Below, piece after piece: positions 23,879 to 36,534 of a stretch of DNA of 64,000 bases. Under the pieces are notes generated by a model. It was not told the DNA's origin and ran no database searches. It was given only the letters and a program-made list of their open reading frames with translations. The position numbers and the translations under genes were made by a program. Within the stretch, counting starts at the first letter, position 1, and every line of letters starts with the position of its first letter. The stretch comes from Podarcis erhardii (lineage: Eukaryota). Where the stretch lies: assembly GCA_964252035.1 (NCBI GenBank), contig OZ176204.1. The stretch is one strand, 5' to 3'.

Positions 23879-25358
23879 CACATCCAATTCAGATTCCTCT
23901 TTATTACAACAGGAGCACACCTGGCATTTTCCAGCAGAGGATATCTGGTAGGCAATATACCTAAAACAACCAAGTGATAAAAATCTTATGGCTTCCAAGT
24001 TGATTGTTAGAAGCTAGAAATTAGTTACAGGAGACTCTCCACTGAAAAGTCAGTTCATGTATTGTACACGGTCTTGGAAATTTACACTGCCAACCACGGA
24101 TGGGGTGCACACTAAGTTCAACGCAACCTGTCACGTGCAGCACCTAGGACAATGTTGGCAAAACATGAATGTTAATTAGTGGGAGCTGTAGCATGACAGA
24201 TCTTGCATGCTCTAATTTTGTGAATTGGCTATATTCCACTATGGAACTTGGAATGACATACCACCCAAATAACAAGATGAATCATTCATGCCATGCTGCA
24301 ATGTGCTCAGAAGGTCTCATAATATAACATCACAAAACCACAGAATTGTAGGGTTATAAGGGATAGAAGGTCATCTTTTCCAGTTCCCTTTCTACAGGCA
24401 GATATTGTCAGAACAGCCAGGAGCAAGCAATGAGGTAATTATTGATATAAGCTTTCAGGTCAAGCCAGCTACTAAGATCTTACTCCTCCTTCCTGATATG
24501 AGATTTGTCCACTGTTTAACTAGCTAAAAATCCTCTTTTTATGTAGGATGCTTTTTGAGAGATAGGGAAGCAAAGAAGGTCATCCCATCATTAGCTCTGC
24601 TACCCACATGTACTGTAATATGTGTTCTATGTGCCAGGAATCAAGTTATCTAGTGCAAATGAACATTTTACATGCATGACCTCAATATACAGACCTAAAT
24701 TGGTTTAATAATATACTTGTAATATTAATTTCTTTGAATGCTGTCCTGAAATTCCATTTTTAGATGAACCGTTACACGTTCACATCAGTGCGAGTGAATC
24801 GTTTTACTGCAGGCCTGTGAGTGAGGAGCCCATGATCTTGCAGTACACTTCCAATTTCTTAATCAAGTTAAACGTTTGGCTCTTTTACATGTGCACTAGC
24901 CTTCATTTGTGTATGTAACAAAGCTCTGAATTTCCCTGCCAGTGCATCTGGAGACTGGATCCCAAGCTTCACAAAATCTAGAACATCCCTCCATGCCCTG
25001 GGGTTAAGTTACAGTGGCAACTGAGCTCTTTAAAGTGCGCTGGAAGCAATGTCACTTCTTGATTCACAGCCTCATTTTTCAAAATAAACCTACATATCTT
25101 TCCTTCCTATGCTGTTCACATTCCTCTCAATTTATTTATTTTTTTAATTTTTTGTTGCTGTTGTTGTTGTTGCTAATTAAGCAGCCTTTGTTTTGTTTTG
25201 AAAACATACTCACCATATGCACCTCACTAGCTTAATCTGTTAATTTTACTGAAAGAGGGGTAGCTTTTAGAGAAGTGGAGACAACTTAATGATTGTGTCA
25301 CAATCCCCGCCTGTTCAGATCTGACCAATCCAAAGTGGATTGGAATATCTATGAGTTC

Positions 25359-25711
25359 TAAGGAATCAAGAAGACAAGAATTTTAAAAAAAGAATGGGGA
25401 ATGTTTATATTGTATAAAATGTTTATAATGTATAAAATCATTGTAAACAGGTCAAAACATTAGTAGAATTTTAAACACACTTGTAATGTAACAGGATGTA
25501 TAGATAAGGAAGATGAAAAATTGCAGAAATATTGATATGCAGTTGAAAACAGAATCAAAAGGACCCAGGGAGGGGATGGGGAGAAGTCAGGAGATTCAGA
25601 GTAATTTCGATATGTAAATATTGTATGTTTTTTTATGTATGTTTATTTTCTTTCGCTTTCTTTTTCTTTCTTTATCTTTGAAAATCAAATTAAAAGATTA
25701 TTTTTAAAAAA
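25359..25711 (+). mobile_element. 5'-truncated L1-type LINE 3' end
   Basis: 17-bp TSD GGAATATCT(A/C)TGAGTTC at 25342-25358 and 25712-25728; GT/T-rich 3'UTR ending in an A-rich tail. Family assignment is by resemblance. Confidence 0.75.
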
Positions 25712-27287
25712 GGAATATCTCTGAGTTCACGAGTGCACATTTAGTGATGGTGGTGGAAGGTTAAACACGCATTTACAACACCGAGGAGCAACCTTTTTGA
25801 TGGAATATGTGAAGATTAGTCATCTTTATGAAGCTGGGAAGGAGCATCAGGACCCAGCAAAGTGCCCTCTCCCCCCCCCTTCCATTATTATGTGCTGGCT
25901 TCAGCATAAAGATCCTGACTTGCTTCATCATCATATTTATTATTCACTCACTTATTCTTGGCTTAGTTTAAGAAGCCTAGAATTATTGTCCTTTATTATG
26001 CCAATCCAAACTAACTGAAAGTAAATGTTAAGTATTGAAAGGAAGAGAAGTGTCATATCCACACTATAGGTCAACTGTAGAAGATCCAAACCATTTAGCA
26101 CAGTTCTTTTTGTTTGTTTTTCCAAAAACAACAACACTAAAGCACCAGTTTCCTATTCAAGTACAATTTCAAGTTCAGGTTTTCAAAAAGCAGGCATATG
26201 TTTACAGTTATATGAAGATTTTAACTGTTCGCAAAACGCAAGCAAGCTTTGAAAGAAACTACAAAAACTGCTAGCGGTGCGTGAAGAAACAAAGCAATAT
26301 ATTTACTAAAATATATTCTTCATAGCTGCAGCCTGGAATTTTTCCTTTCTCGTCAGGGAAGCAAAAAAAGAATAACTACAGTGACATCTAAGTACGCAGG
26401 CTGATTACAGTTTTACTTTCAAAAGAGCTCGAATTGATTTTTTTTTTATAGATTTCAAATAAATTAAACTAGATTGACTCACTTGAGAATGGCCATAATC
26501 CCTTAGTCAGATCCCAAAGAACTCTTACCAAACCAGCTGTTAATTTAGGATTTATAAGATAAAGCATGAGAAATCCACCCCCTCGTACCTAAGAACAGCA
26601 GCTGACATCATCTCTGAAAGGGGCAAGCTGCACATTACACATTGCAGTTGTACACAGCTGGCCTCTTCTCTGTTGTCTCATGCCCTTGGAAAGGGCAGAG
26701 CAGCATTAGAAAAGTAACAGAAGGAAAGTCTAACGCCTCCCATGCCAACAACTTTCTCTTAAAACTCCCCCCCCCCAAACCCAACTCTTCTCCCGCAGCA
26801 TTCCAGACCCTAAACATGGGACCAGAACAGGAGGAGGAGGAGAGTTCAGGTCAGGTGGGGTGTGTGTATGGAATCAGTGGAAAGCAAGTAGTCAAGGGAA
26901 GCATAAAAACTTCCCTCTGGTTTCTTCTTCAGATTTCCTCCTCCTAATATGCTTTGCACTGGAGAAGCCATGACACCTAAATAGGTGCAGGAAAACATTC
27001 AGATTGCAGCTAACTTGGCAACCTGTTACTTCTAACCTGAAAGTTCTAGTGTGATGGCTATGAGGAAACTTGGGTGTGCGGAGGAGAAATGGAAACCACA
27101 TTTTATAGGACAATTTTTCCTTAAGAATCATAATATGCAGGCTTCTCAGCTTTCCTTTCAATTAGAATGTTTTAAATCACTGGATTGATTTCCCCATGCC
27201 CTACTGGAACTAAGGCCAGGTACCTGCAGCTGAAATAGCACATCCTTTTCCTGTTTACCTCATCTTCTCTTTCCTCCCCCCATCCCA

Positions 27288-27470
27288 TTAGGAACACAGG
27301 AAGCTACACTGAACTGAAGCAGACCATTGGTCCAGCTAGCTCAGTGCTGACTGGCAGAAGCTCCCTGGGGTTTCAGACAGGGGTTTCTCCCACCCAACCT
27401 TCCTGGGGACACCAGGGGTTGAACCAGGAACCTTTTGCATTCAAAGCAGATGCTCTACTGCTGTCCTTCC
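27288..27470 (-). mobile_element. tRNA-derived SINE (Squam3-like)
   Basis: TAGGAACACAGGAAGCT...CAGACCATTGGTCC...CAAAGCAGATGCTCTAC; reverse complement of the 53815-54009 family. Confidence 0.75.
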
Positions 27471-27572
27471 CCCTAACATTGCTGCAGGTATGTCTTCTTG
27501 TGCTACCAAAAGCACAATGATGGTGCTCTACATACAAGCAAGTAGGCAAAATGAAATTCTTCAGAAAAGAGC

Positions 27573-27675
27573 ACCTTTTATATCAGGAGTATGGAATCTC
27601 AGGCTCAGGATCCAAATGTGGAACTCCAGGCCTCTTTTCCTGGCCCTTGGCGTTCTCCCAGCCCACACCCCTCAC
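27573..27675. mobile_element. Degenerate hAT MITE fragment
   Basis: CAGGAGTATGGAATCTC...CCAAATGTGGAACTCCAGGCCTC...CCCACACCCCT resembles the left end of common squamate hAT MITEs. Confidence 0.4.
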
Positions 27676-28680
27676 TGCTTTTTCCCCATCCACATTATCC
27701 TTGAGTGTTTTTGTCTGGCTGGAACATATTGTTGAAGTGTGATGATACATCTCACTTGCCTGACTGGGAAGGTGTATGTTGCATGGCTAGAACATTCTCT
27801 ACTGCAGAAAGGTAAAAGTCACATCCATTGCTCCTCCCACTTTGCCTCTGGCCACACCCAGTAATGACAAGCAGCCATTGGAAGGGTGCCTATAACAGAA
27901 TGCAGCCCTCGGATTGTTCTAGCGTACCAACACAAGGACACTTAATATATACATTCTCAGGCTTAGGTATTCTCATACTTTGGAGTTTTGCAAAAGACTC
28001 CATTTATCTGAACATTTTTTAATTATATCCTTACATCTGTGATTATTATGCTGGATTTGAAAGTAATGCCTAGGGTTCAAGTCATTACGGAGGTAATTCT
28101 AACTCAAATTGTGCACTTCAGTTTTCTAACTTATATTTTGCAACACTAAAATCAAAATTTGATAAAACCAACAGGCAAGACCTGCTTTGAGACATCAATG
28201 CTGCACAGGCTGAAAATCCAAATAAAAAGCATAGCTAAATATTTATAAGCAAGTACAAAAAGGTCTTTAAATTTGCGTAGCTGAAGTAGATACTTCCTAG
28301 AAAACAATCGTTTACCAAAGTTTTCAAGCACTGTTTCTTCATATTTCACATGGACTCCATGATGGTGACAGCAATCACAATGAAATATGTCTCACCCACT
28401 ACGTTTCTCAGAGTACACCCAAGAAATGCTAGCTGGTTCTGTCACATTCCTTTCAGCCCTCTTGATATTTACCAGCAACAAGTTTATCTGCATAGGTTAC
28501 AGCTGCACTCCCACTCATGGTCCTCCAAATAACAAACAACCCCCTTCTACTCTATGATTCTGCAAAACTGGCAAATGCATTCTAATAAATAGGAGTATCT
28601 GGGAATTTTCCATAAAAGTAAACTAGCACTCAGTGGTCATAAACAATCAGTGTCTCTCTTTATTTTTTAAGTGCCAAGAT

Positions 28681-28717
28681 AAAAGCGCTTAAGACACAAA
28701 GTGTCTTAAGCGCTTTT
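28681..28717. repeat. Perfect 17-bp inverted repeat with 3-nt spacer
   Basis: AAAAGCGCTTAAGACAC-AAA-GTGTCTTAAGCGCTTTT. Confidence 0.95.
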
Positions 28718-28750
28718 GATTTTCTGCTGCTTACATTATCTCTCATTGGT

Positions 28751-28826
28751 CAATAGAATCACTGAATTGTAGAGTTGGAAAAGACTACAAGGGTCATCTA
28801 GTCTAACCCCCTGCAATGCAGGAATC
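28751..28826 (-). mobile_element. CR1 LINE 3' end fragment
   Basis: ATAGAATCACTGAATTGTAGAGTTGGAA...GGTCATCTAGTCTAACCCCCTGCAATGCAGG is the reverse complement of the CR1 3' terminus (ATTCTATG-type tail). Confidence 0.75.
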
Positions 28827-29770
28827 CTAAGCATTTTGCTCTTTATAACAAACTTTACTGCAGGGGAGTAGATTTCTTCACAGTGAAGACATCCCATGTA
28901 TTCATGTTTCTAAGTAGGTCTACCATTACTTTCCATCTGGTTACTCTTCTTCAGTATGTGAAAAAAGTCTTTTCATTTAGTATTGTAATCTTACACCTAC
29001 TTATTTTCTTTCTTTTTTACCATGTATGGATATATGTATGTATGTCAGAAAATTAGCTCTCACACCAATACATTCATACTGAGAATTTTCTTATTTTTGT
29101 CCCAATCCTAAATATATAAACCTTTAAATCTGAACACAGGATATCCCTATATGCCACAATTAATTGCGTTACAATTACCTTTTTAAAAAAGCAAGCAGGG
29201 GTTGTATTCAGTGACTTCCACTTGCACAAATGGATGTCCTCCTTCCCCTCTGTGAGCTGTCCAAATATGTTTTTTGTGAGGGGTGGTTTCCCCAACTCTC
29301 TGGAGCAAATTTGGGAATGACACAGGACACATGCAGGGAAAGTGAGATAGGGGAAGTCCTGCTACACAAGCAGATATTATTCCACTTGCCCCATTATTTA
29401 GTTGAATACTTCCCCTATGCTCCACCCAAACGACTGTTACAGGTCCAGTTGTGCAAACGGTGTGTTTTCAGGGTTAATTTATGTTTAAATCTTAGGTTAT
29501 AATCTCAAGAGAGGAAATCACTCTAGTCTTCAGTCTCTATCCCTTGTAGCAAGAGATAAACATAACATCAAAGGTCCATTGCCTTGTTTGCAGAGCACTA
29601 AGTATTAAAAGGAAATTGTTTGTTTCTGTTTATTTTTTTTAAAAAACAACATTATGAGCTGGTGTGGAGGAAGCAGAGGATGCAAAGCAAATGCACTAGT
29701 ACAGAGTGGAGCACTGAGGGGTTGATTTGAACATCACCTTTCCCGCACACATGTATTGCGCTCCTTCTTC

Positions 29771-30010
29771 CGTGGTCATAGGATTACATATGCTTCAGGT
29801 TACATACACTTCAGGTTACAGACTCTGCTAACCCAGAAATAGTGCTTCAGGTTAAGAACTTTGCTTCAGGATGAGAACAGAAATCGTGCTCCGGCGGTGC
29901 AGTGGCAGCAGGAGGCTCCATTAGCTAAACTGGTGCTTCACGTTAAGAACAGTTTCAGGTTAAGAACGGACCTCCGGAACGAATTAAGTACTTAACCAGA
30001 GGTACCACTG
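29771..30010. mobile_element. Tigger/pogo-like MITE with damaged left TIR
   Basis: Near-identical to 33718-33942; right TIR CTTAACCAGAGGTACCACTG followed by TA. Confidence 0.85.
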
Positions 30011-31439
30011 TATCTGTCGGATCAACCATCTGAAGGGGAAAGCATGTTCTGACTATCCCAGTTGCACTGGCCACCAGGCCCACAACTCAGAAAACAAGTG
30101 CACCTTTCATGAGCATATATTTGTGCTTTTAAAAAAAATTAAATAAAGAACTATCATTGGTTTGTTATTCATAAAGCAATGAGGTTTCATAAAACACTCT
30201 GTTTACAGAATGTAAGGGGATCAGAATTAAAATCCAATTTAAGGAATTATGGAGCCTTCAGATTGCTTTTGCTCAGTGATGAAAAAAGACAGGGATGTTG
30301 TTACTGGAAGAAAGCCAGCAGAAACTGAGCGCTGTAATAATAATTATACAACCATGTATGTAAAGGGGATGGGGAAGTATTGAAAAAGAACTTAATGGCC
30401 TCAATAGTTACAACTCGATAGCCAAGAGTGTCTGTCCTTGATTTACAGTTCGCTGAAAAAAATTGTGTCACTGAGTTGCCTTCTTCACACACAAAATATG
30501 TCAACATCTAAACAGGCCAAGCTGGGGGTTAGTTTGCTTCATCTCCATTTGAGGCCGTATTTTTTTTATGTTTTATGTAAGGAGATACTTTTTTTTTTGG
30601 TCAACATTAAGTAGATCCGAATAGGTAGCTGGGCCCTATGTAAATAAGGGATTGGTCATTCTTACTTCCCAGCTCTATAAAGCCTCTATCATTGTAGCAG
30701 TCAAACTAGTCACTGCACGGCCACAGTTAGTAAAATCAAATTCAATTGCTCAAGTAGAGCATAGTCTATCTTTGACATATTCATCAGACAAAATCCTTAT
30801 TTCACCCTTCATATTTAGCAGCAGTTGGCATTTATTTGCAACATTTCCACACTGCCCAAAAAGCTCCATGGACAAACAGAGCTTGAAAGGCCCATAAAAG
30901 GGCTCATAAAAGATGAATAATAGGGACAAAGGTGGTGTCAGTTTTCCTACTAATCATATTCTCCAGGCTGAAGATGGCCCCACCTGCTTCCTACCTCTAC
31001 TCTGTCCCGTTTAGATCCATATAGTGGTTTTATGGGGCCTCTATAAAATGCACAGTTAAGAACAACTGCTAGTAGATATCTCTTCTTTTCTTTGAATTCC
31101 AGTGAAGTGGTAGACTCCTTGAACTGGTTCTTGGAATCAATAATGGGCTGACAGGATGCAATAAACAGAAGCTCAAGTGAAATATGATTTAGTTATGGGT
31201 AGTGGGTGGCCATATTGTCATCCCGTTCTAAATAATGGGATTAAAATCATCCTGAAAGATGAAGATTGGGCCACTCCTGGGTTCTGCTTTGCTGAAAGCA
31301 GCTACAGCCTAGAAGGTACTTACTCCAGGTTTGGGTTGGTACAACGGCTGTGCAGGCACAGCAACTGGGAAATCTGGATCTAAAAACCATTGTTAATATA
31401 GAGATGTTTTGATAAAACGAAGCACTGCAATCCAATCCA

Positions 31440-31938
31440 TGTGGAGCTAAAGTCACCCAGAATGCTGTGTCAAGGTGGCTGACTGGTATTAAACATAGGG
31501 TACATATAACTCCTCCCCTCAAACAACTTCATTGGCTACCAATACAGTATGGGGCCAGAGTTAAAATAATGGTAGCAAGCTCCCGCAAAATATTCCTCCC
31601 ATACACTCCACCTCTTAGCAAGATACTCGCTGCTAACTATACCTCTGTACTTCTGTTGTGTAAAGCATGGAAGACCATCTCAAGAGATACTCAACTGACT
31701 CCCTCACTCCCTGCACTTAGGAGACAGAATAAGAACGTTTTAGGAAGGATCTAATACCCTAATTTATTTTAGCAAATGGGTCTCTTTCCTGCCTTTCACA
31801 CTATTGTTTTATCCTGTGCTTTGATTTAATGTTACCGTATTTATTATACAGGTATGTACTCTACTTTAGCCTGTTGTAAGCGGCCTGTGGTCCTTGTGCA
31901 GCTGGGAAGTGGGGTAAAAAAAAATATGTAATAAATAA
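31440..31938 (+). mobile_element. Old L2 LINE 3' fragment
   Basis: QNA...RWLTGIKHRVHITPPLKQLHWLP matches the L2 ORF2 C-terminal HITPxLxxLHWLP motif; ends TGTAAGCGGCCTG...TAATAAATAA. Confidence 0.8.
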
Positions 31939-32671
31939 TGGACAAAAGCTGTCATCCCAACCTAATCAATTATTTATCCGACTAAACAATAAATACATGT
32001 TACTCAAGTCTTCAGAGTTAAGAGTCGATTGATTAAGAATGCTTTTCAGTTTCTCAAGTTACAACTGGGTTCTTTTAACAGTAGGCCTCTGTAACACAAG
32101 GAAAGACAAACAAGAGCTTCTTAAAGAATTGTGCCGTGTTTTAATTTACACTTCCTCAAGTTGTGAATAAAAAGGAGGGGAAGAGATTGAAGATTCAAAC
32201 AAGATATGGGCTACCTCAAAACAATCACAACCTTTAAAGGTAAAAGAAAACTGGCTCTCCAGAGCAGGGTTGTGGCTTTCTTTGAGGAGCTGGGGTGGAG
32301 AGGAACTTCCACTGACACAGCACAGAATACAACTCTGTCCTACAACATCTGATAGGCCACAGCTTCCCCACCCCCTCAGTCTCACTTTAAACAAAACAAC
32401 ATTCAGCCCCCATGAGTATGAAGATGTTTCTCAATAGGCAAGAAACTCAGGGCTCATACGTATTACCTTTGGCCCTGTGCTTTCTAGGCACAGGTCTGCA
32501 TTTTAAAGTGCCATGTCCAAATGCTCCCCCCGCCTTTAGGGCTTCCACCAAATAAACCCACTGTTTAAAGCTGAATCGGAACAGCAGCACAATTTGGCTT
32601 TTCTGCAAACACCTGCCTATCTGGTTTTGCCCCACATTCCAAAATGCCTGTTATACCTACAAGCTGTATGC

Positions 32672-33466
32672 CAGGGGTAGGCAACCATATTTTTCGCTCT
32701 ATAGGGATCACCGGACCATAGGGTGCACCTAGTCTTTTTTGGGGGGGGGGAATAAAGAAAAAAAAAAATATTCCCCCCCAGCCCCAAAGAGCAACAAAGA
32801 AGCCAAGACAGCCAGCGGGATCCATCCCGCTGGCTGTCTTGGCTTCCTCTTTAGCCGCGCACAACCTCTCTAGCCGGGAGAGGCTGCACATGGCTTTGGC
32901 AGAAGCCAAGAGAGCTAGCAGGACGGATCCCACTTGCTGTCTTGGCTTCCTTTTTAGCTGCGGGGCTGGGGCGCACCTCGCCTTCGCTCCTGGAGCTTGC
33001 TGCTATCCGCAAGCCTTCTGAGCCTGGCGGGAACTCCGAAGGCTTGCAGATAGCTACCCAAAGCCCGGGGTGCGTAGCACTGCACTCCCCAGGATTTAGG
33101 CTGCTGCCTGCTATCCGCATGCCTTGGAAGCCTGGCGGGAACTCCCGCTGCACTCCGAAGGCTTGCGGATAGCTTGCTGAAGCCTGGAGAGCGAGAGGGG
33201 TCGGTGCACACTGACCCCTTTCGCTCTCCAGGCTTCAGCGAAAGCCTGCATTCGCTCCATAGGACGCACACATATTTCCCCTTCATTTTTGGAGGGGGGA
33301 AAGTGCGTCCTATAGAGTGAAAAATACAGTATTTAAAATGCAACACTGGGTTATTTGTGGGGCACAGGAATTCATTCATATATTTTTTAAAAAATATAGT
33401 CTGGCCTGCCACATGGTCTGTGGGACGGTGGACCGGCCCACAGCTGAAAAAGGTTGCTGACCCCTG
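32672..33466. mobile_element. hAT MITE interrupted by a Tc2-like MITE
   Basis: TIRs CAGGGGTAGGCAA ... GGTTGCTGACCCCTG; 8-bp TSD CTGTATGC/CTCTATGC (32664-32671, 33467-33474); right part 33332-33466 is the reverse complement of 19602-19740. Confidence 0.85.
32685..33329. mobile_element. Long Tc2-like MITE nested in the hAT MITE
   Basis: TIRs CCATATTTTTCGCTCTATAGG ... CCTATAGAGTGAAAAATACAG+TA; ends shared with 17400-17659; several internal hairpins and a direct repeat. Confidence 0.85.
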
Positions 33467-33717
33467 CTCTATGCTTTGACTCACTACCGCAGTCCACCAT
33501 AAACAGGAAAGCTTCCACATTTGCCAGTATGCAGACAATGATGACTGTGAGTTGATTACAAGAGGCCGAATTATTTGTCTTAGAAGGAAATCACATTCCT
33601 ACAATGTTTCTTCTGTTATACAAGAACCGTCTGAGGAGTCTTAAGTAGAGTTCCTAAGGGCCACAGTAAGTTCTTAGAAGGCTTAGTAGTCCTAGTATTT
33701 ATTTAGGGTTCCTAATA

Positions 33718-33942
33718 CAGTGGTACCTCAGGTTACATACGCTTCAGGTTACAGACTCCGCTAACCCAAAAATAGAGCTTCAGGTTAAGAACTTTGCTTC
33801 AGGATGAGAACAGAAATTGTGCTCCGGTGGAACGGCGGCGGCAGGAGGCCCCATTAGCTAAAGTGGTCTTCAGGTTAAGAACAGTTTCAGGTTAAGTATG
33901 GACCTCCTGAACGAATTAAGTACTTAACCTGAGGTACCACTG
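33718..33942. mobile_element. Complete Tigger/pogo-like MITE
   Basis: TA TSDs at 33716-33717 and 33943-33944; TIR CAGTGGTACCTCAGGTTA / TAACCTGAGGTACCACTG. Confidence 0.92.
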
Positions 33943-33957
33943 TAATGTTATTTTGTA

Positions 33958-34272
33958 TAGGAACATAGGAAGTTAATAAATAACAATAACAATAATAATA
34001 ATACATGTGTACCCTGTCCATCTGACTGGGTTGCCCCAGCCACTCTGGGCAGCTTCCAGCATATATAAAAACATAATAAAACATTAAACCTTAAAAAACC
34101 TCCCTATACAGGCAAGCTTCCCTTCATCTAGGTCAGTATTGTCTGAACTGACTGGCAGAAGCTCTCCAAGGTTTCCAGACAGGGTTCTCTCCCAGCCCTA
34201 CATGTAGATGCTTGGGAATGAATCAGGGACCTTCTGCATGCAAAGCAGATGCTCTGCAACTGAGCTGCAAAC
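33958..34272 (-). mobile_element. tRNA-derived SINE (Squam3-like) interrupted by an L2 3' fragment
   Basis: Tail TAGGAACATAGGAAG at 33958-33973; body resumes ~34112 and runs to the tRNA head GGGACCTTCTGCATGCAAAGCAGATGCTCT. Confidence 0.75.
33978..34111 (-). mobile_element. L2 LINE 3' end fragment
   Basis: TACCCTGTCCATCTGACTGGGTTGCCCCAGCCACTCTGGGCAGCTTCCAGCA with (TAA)n, resembling the reverse-complemented lizard L2 terminus. Confidence 0.65.
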
Positions 34273-36420
34273 CTTCCTCATTGCTTAGTCTGCTCCTCCA
34301 GGCACACTTAGGTGCAATCCACTGCCACTGAGAACTGACACAGGAGCCTGAATTGCACTTCTCAAGCCACCCACTGGCACTAACACATCCATTTTCTTCT
34401 TTCAGGAGGGCAAAGAACTGTGGCCTTCCACATGGGAGAAGTGTAGAATTTCTAACTACTCAATAGTCATAAAATACTTTAACATTCTAAACCAAAGCTC
34501 AGAAACTGGCCTAGGCCCAAATGTGAAATTCAATCATCGGGGGGGGGGGGTCCTTTATTTATTTGTTAAAATGGAGCAACCGAAGGACTTGCAATAAGTG
34601 TGCAGAATGTGAAAACGAAAGACAAGCAGATGAAGCGATAACAGTGCAAAGTGTTTTGCGTATCTTTTCATACAGATGGCTTTGAAAACTCATAACATGG
34701 TTGTATATAAAAAGAGCATAAGATTTCTCGGCAATAATGGCATGGCGGTATTATTTTAATCAACTTCTATAAGCAAACCAGACAAGTGGGATGGGTATCA
34801 CATACTTATTAATTGGGACAGATAATTTTCAGATGTTTATTGAGCCTATAAAAACATGCTCCTGCAGTTAATGAAGGAAACCTTCTAGCCCTGAAAGGCC
34901 AAAGTCTAACATTCTAACAAGTAGGCTGAAGGCTGTAAAATGGAAATAAAGTCTTCCGTGACAGGAATTTCTTGTACATAAAAGAAGCTGACATGGAACA
35001 AAATAGCGCAACTGGCAACAGATTCCTCATCTGACTGCCACTAATTTCATGCCTATCAATGAGCTGGAGAATTCCAAGATCCTTCCCCTCTGGAACCTTT
35101 TGTCCCAGCACCCCAGGAAGATAAATTAGGTCATATGTTATGCCCTTTTCCCTCCCAGCTCTTGTTAACCAAATATTGGCCACATGGATCACACCAGCCA
35201 ATACCAAAAGCATAAGCTGACCATTATTTGAAGGGGGAGGGAGAATTAGATTAGATGCTGCTTTCATTTCATGGAAAAAGATATTATCTAAAACTTTTAA
35301 AAGAACCAAAATGTTGAATAACACTATAAAATGCATGAAGGGCAAATGTTTTAGAGAGAGAGGGCTCACGATTAAGAGCAAAAGTACACAAGTAGAGATG
35401 ATTTAAGAGGATGATTTTTACTGTTGCATATGGCGGCTGAACAGCAAAGAGTAAACATGATTAGTGTCTAGCAAAGCTCATCAGCACTTTTATAGCTTTA
35501 GGTTTAATTAAAACAACAATGGTGCTGGGATCTGAAGAAATTAAAGAGACATAGTTGAAATAATGCCTTTCTAGCATGACATTCTCCCTAGGGAGGCAAA
35601 GAGGAAAAGGGTTGGCTTAAACAGCAGGATGGGGGGGGGGGAGAGATAATGGGCATGGAACTATGAATTCTACCATCACATTTCTAAAATACGTGTGCAA
35701 AGCAATCCTAAGCATTTTTATTTAGATGCAAGAACCCTCTTTGGGAGAAGTGGCTGGAGGCCCATGTAGGACAACATTCCAGTCTTAAAAGCAGTCTGCA
35801 GAGACTCATTTCAGCGATGCTTTGCCTGAGTCACCCAATGACCCCATCCCAAGCACTGTCTTGATTCCTTATTCTTCCCCATTATCCCTTCAGTTGTGTG
35901 AGTAAAGGTGGCAGCAGACTAGACAGAAACGCCACAGTCAGAGAAAGGATGCCCCTTTAGCTGCCAGACAGTTCTACCAGCAGGGATCTAATTTGGGAGG
36001 AGGCATCTGCTCTGAAGGGTCTACTTGGGAGGAAGCAGAACACCCAGCTGCAAGCAATGACCCAAGAGAAGACCAGGTAGAGACAAACACTATATAAATT
36101 TCTCGGTCTCATTTTGTTCTTTACATTGCTATTAGCTCTCTATGGGTCTCATGTATGCTATAGCTCAGTCTATATCATTGACTCAGGCTCCAGCCTCTAC
36201 ACTCAAGTAGTGGTCAGAGAAACTTCCCCCAAGCAAATCATGAACTATAATCCAGGTACCAACCATGAGGCCAGGCTTGGACATCACAACACGCTATGTT
36301 TTCCATCAGAGCAGCCGTACCAAGAACAGGGCAGAAGTGGAGCAAGAACTTTTCAGCAGGTGCACCAGCACACTGTGTGTTCGCATTAAACCATAGTTCT
36401 TGGTAATAAAAAGTTTAATC

Positions 36421-36534
36421 TCCAGATGTTTTGGGACTACAATCCCCATCATCCCTGACCACTGGTCCTGTTAGCTAGGGATGATGGGAGTTGTAGTCCC
36501 AAAACATCTGGAAGGCCAAGTTTGGCCATGCCTG
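36421..36534. mobile_element. Palindromic hAT-type MITE, left end truncated
   Basis: 35-bp arms CCAGATGTTTTGGGACTACAA...CATCATCCCT / AGGGATGATGGGAGTTGTAGTCCCAAAACATCTGG; right terminus CAAGTTTGGCCATGCCTG. Confidence 0.8.
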
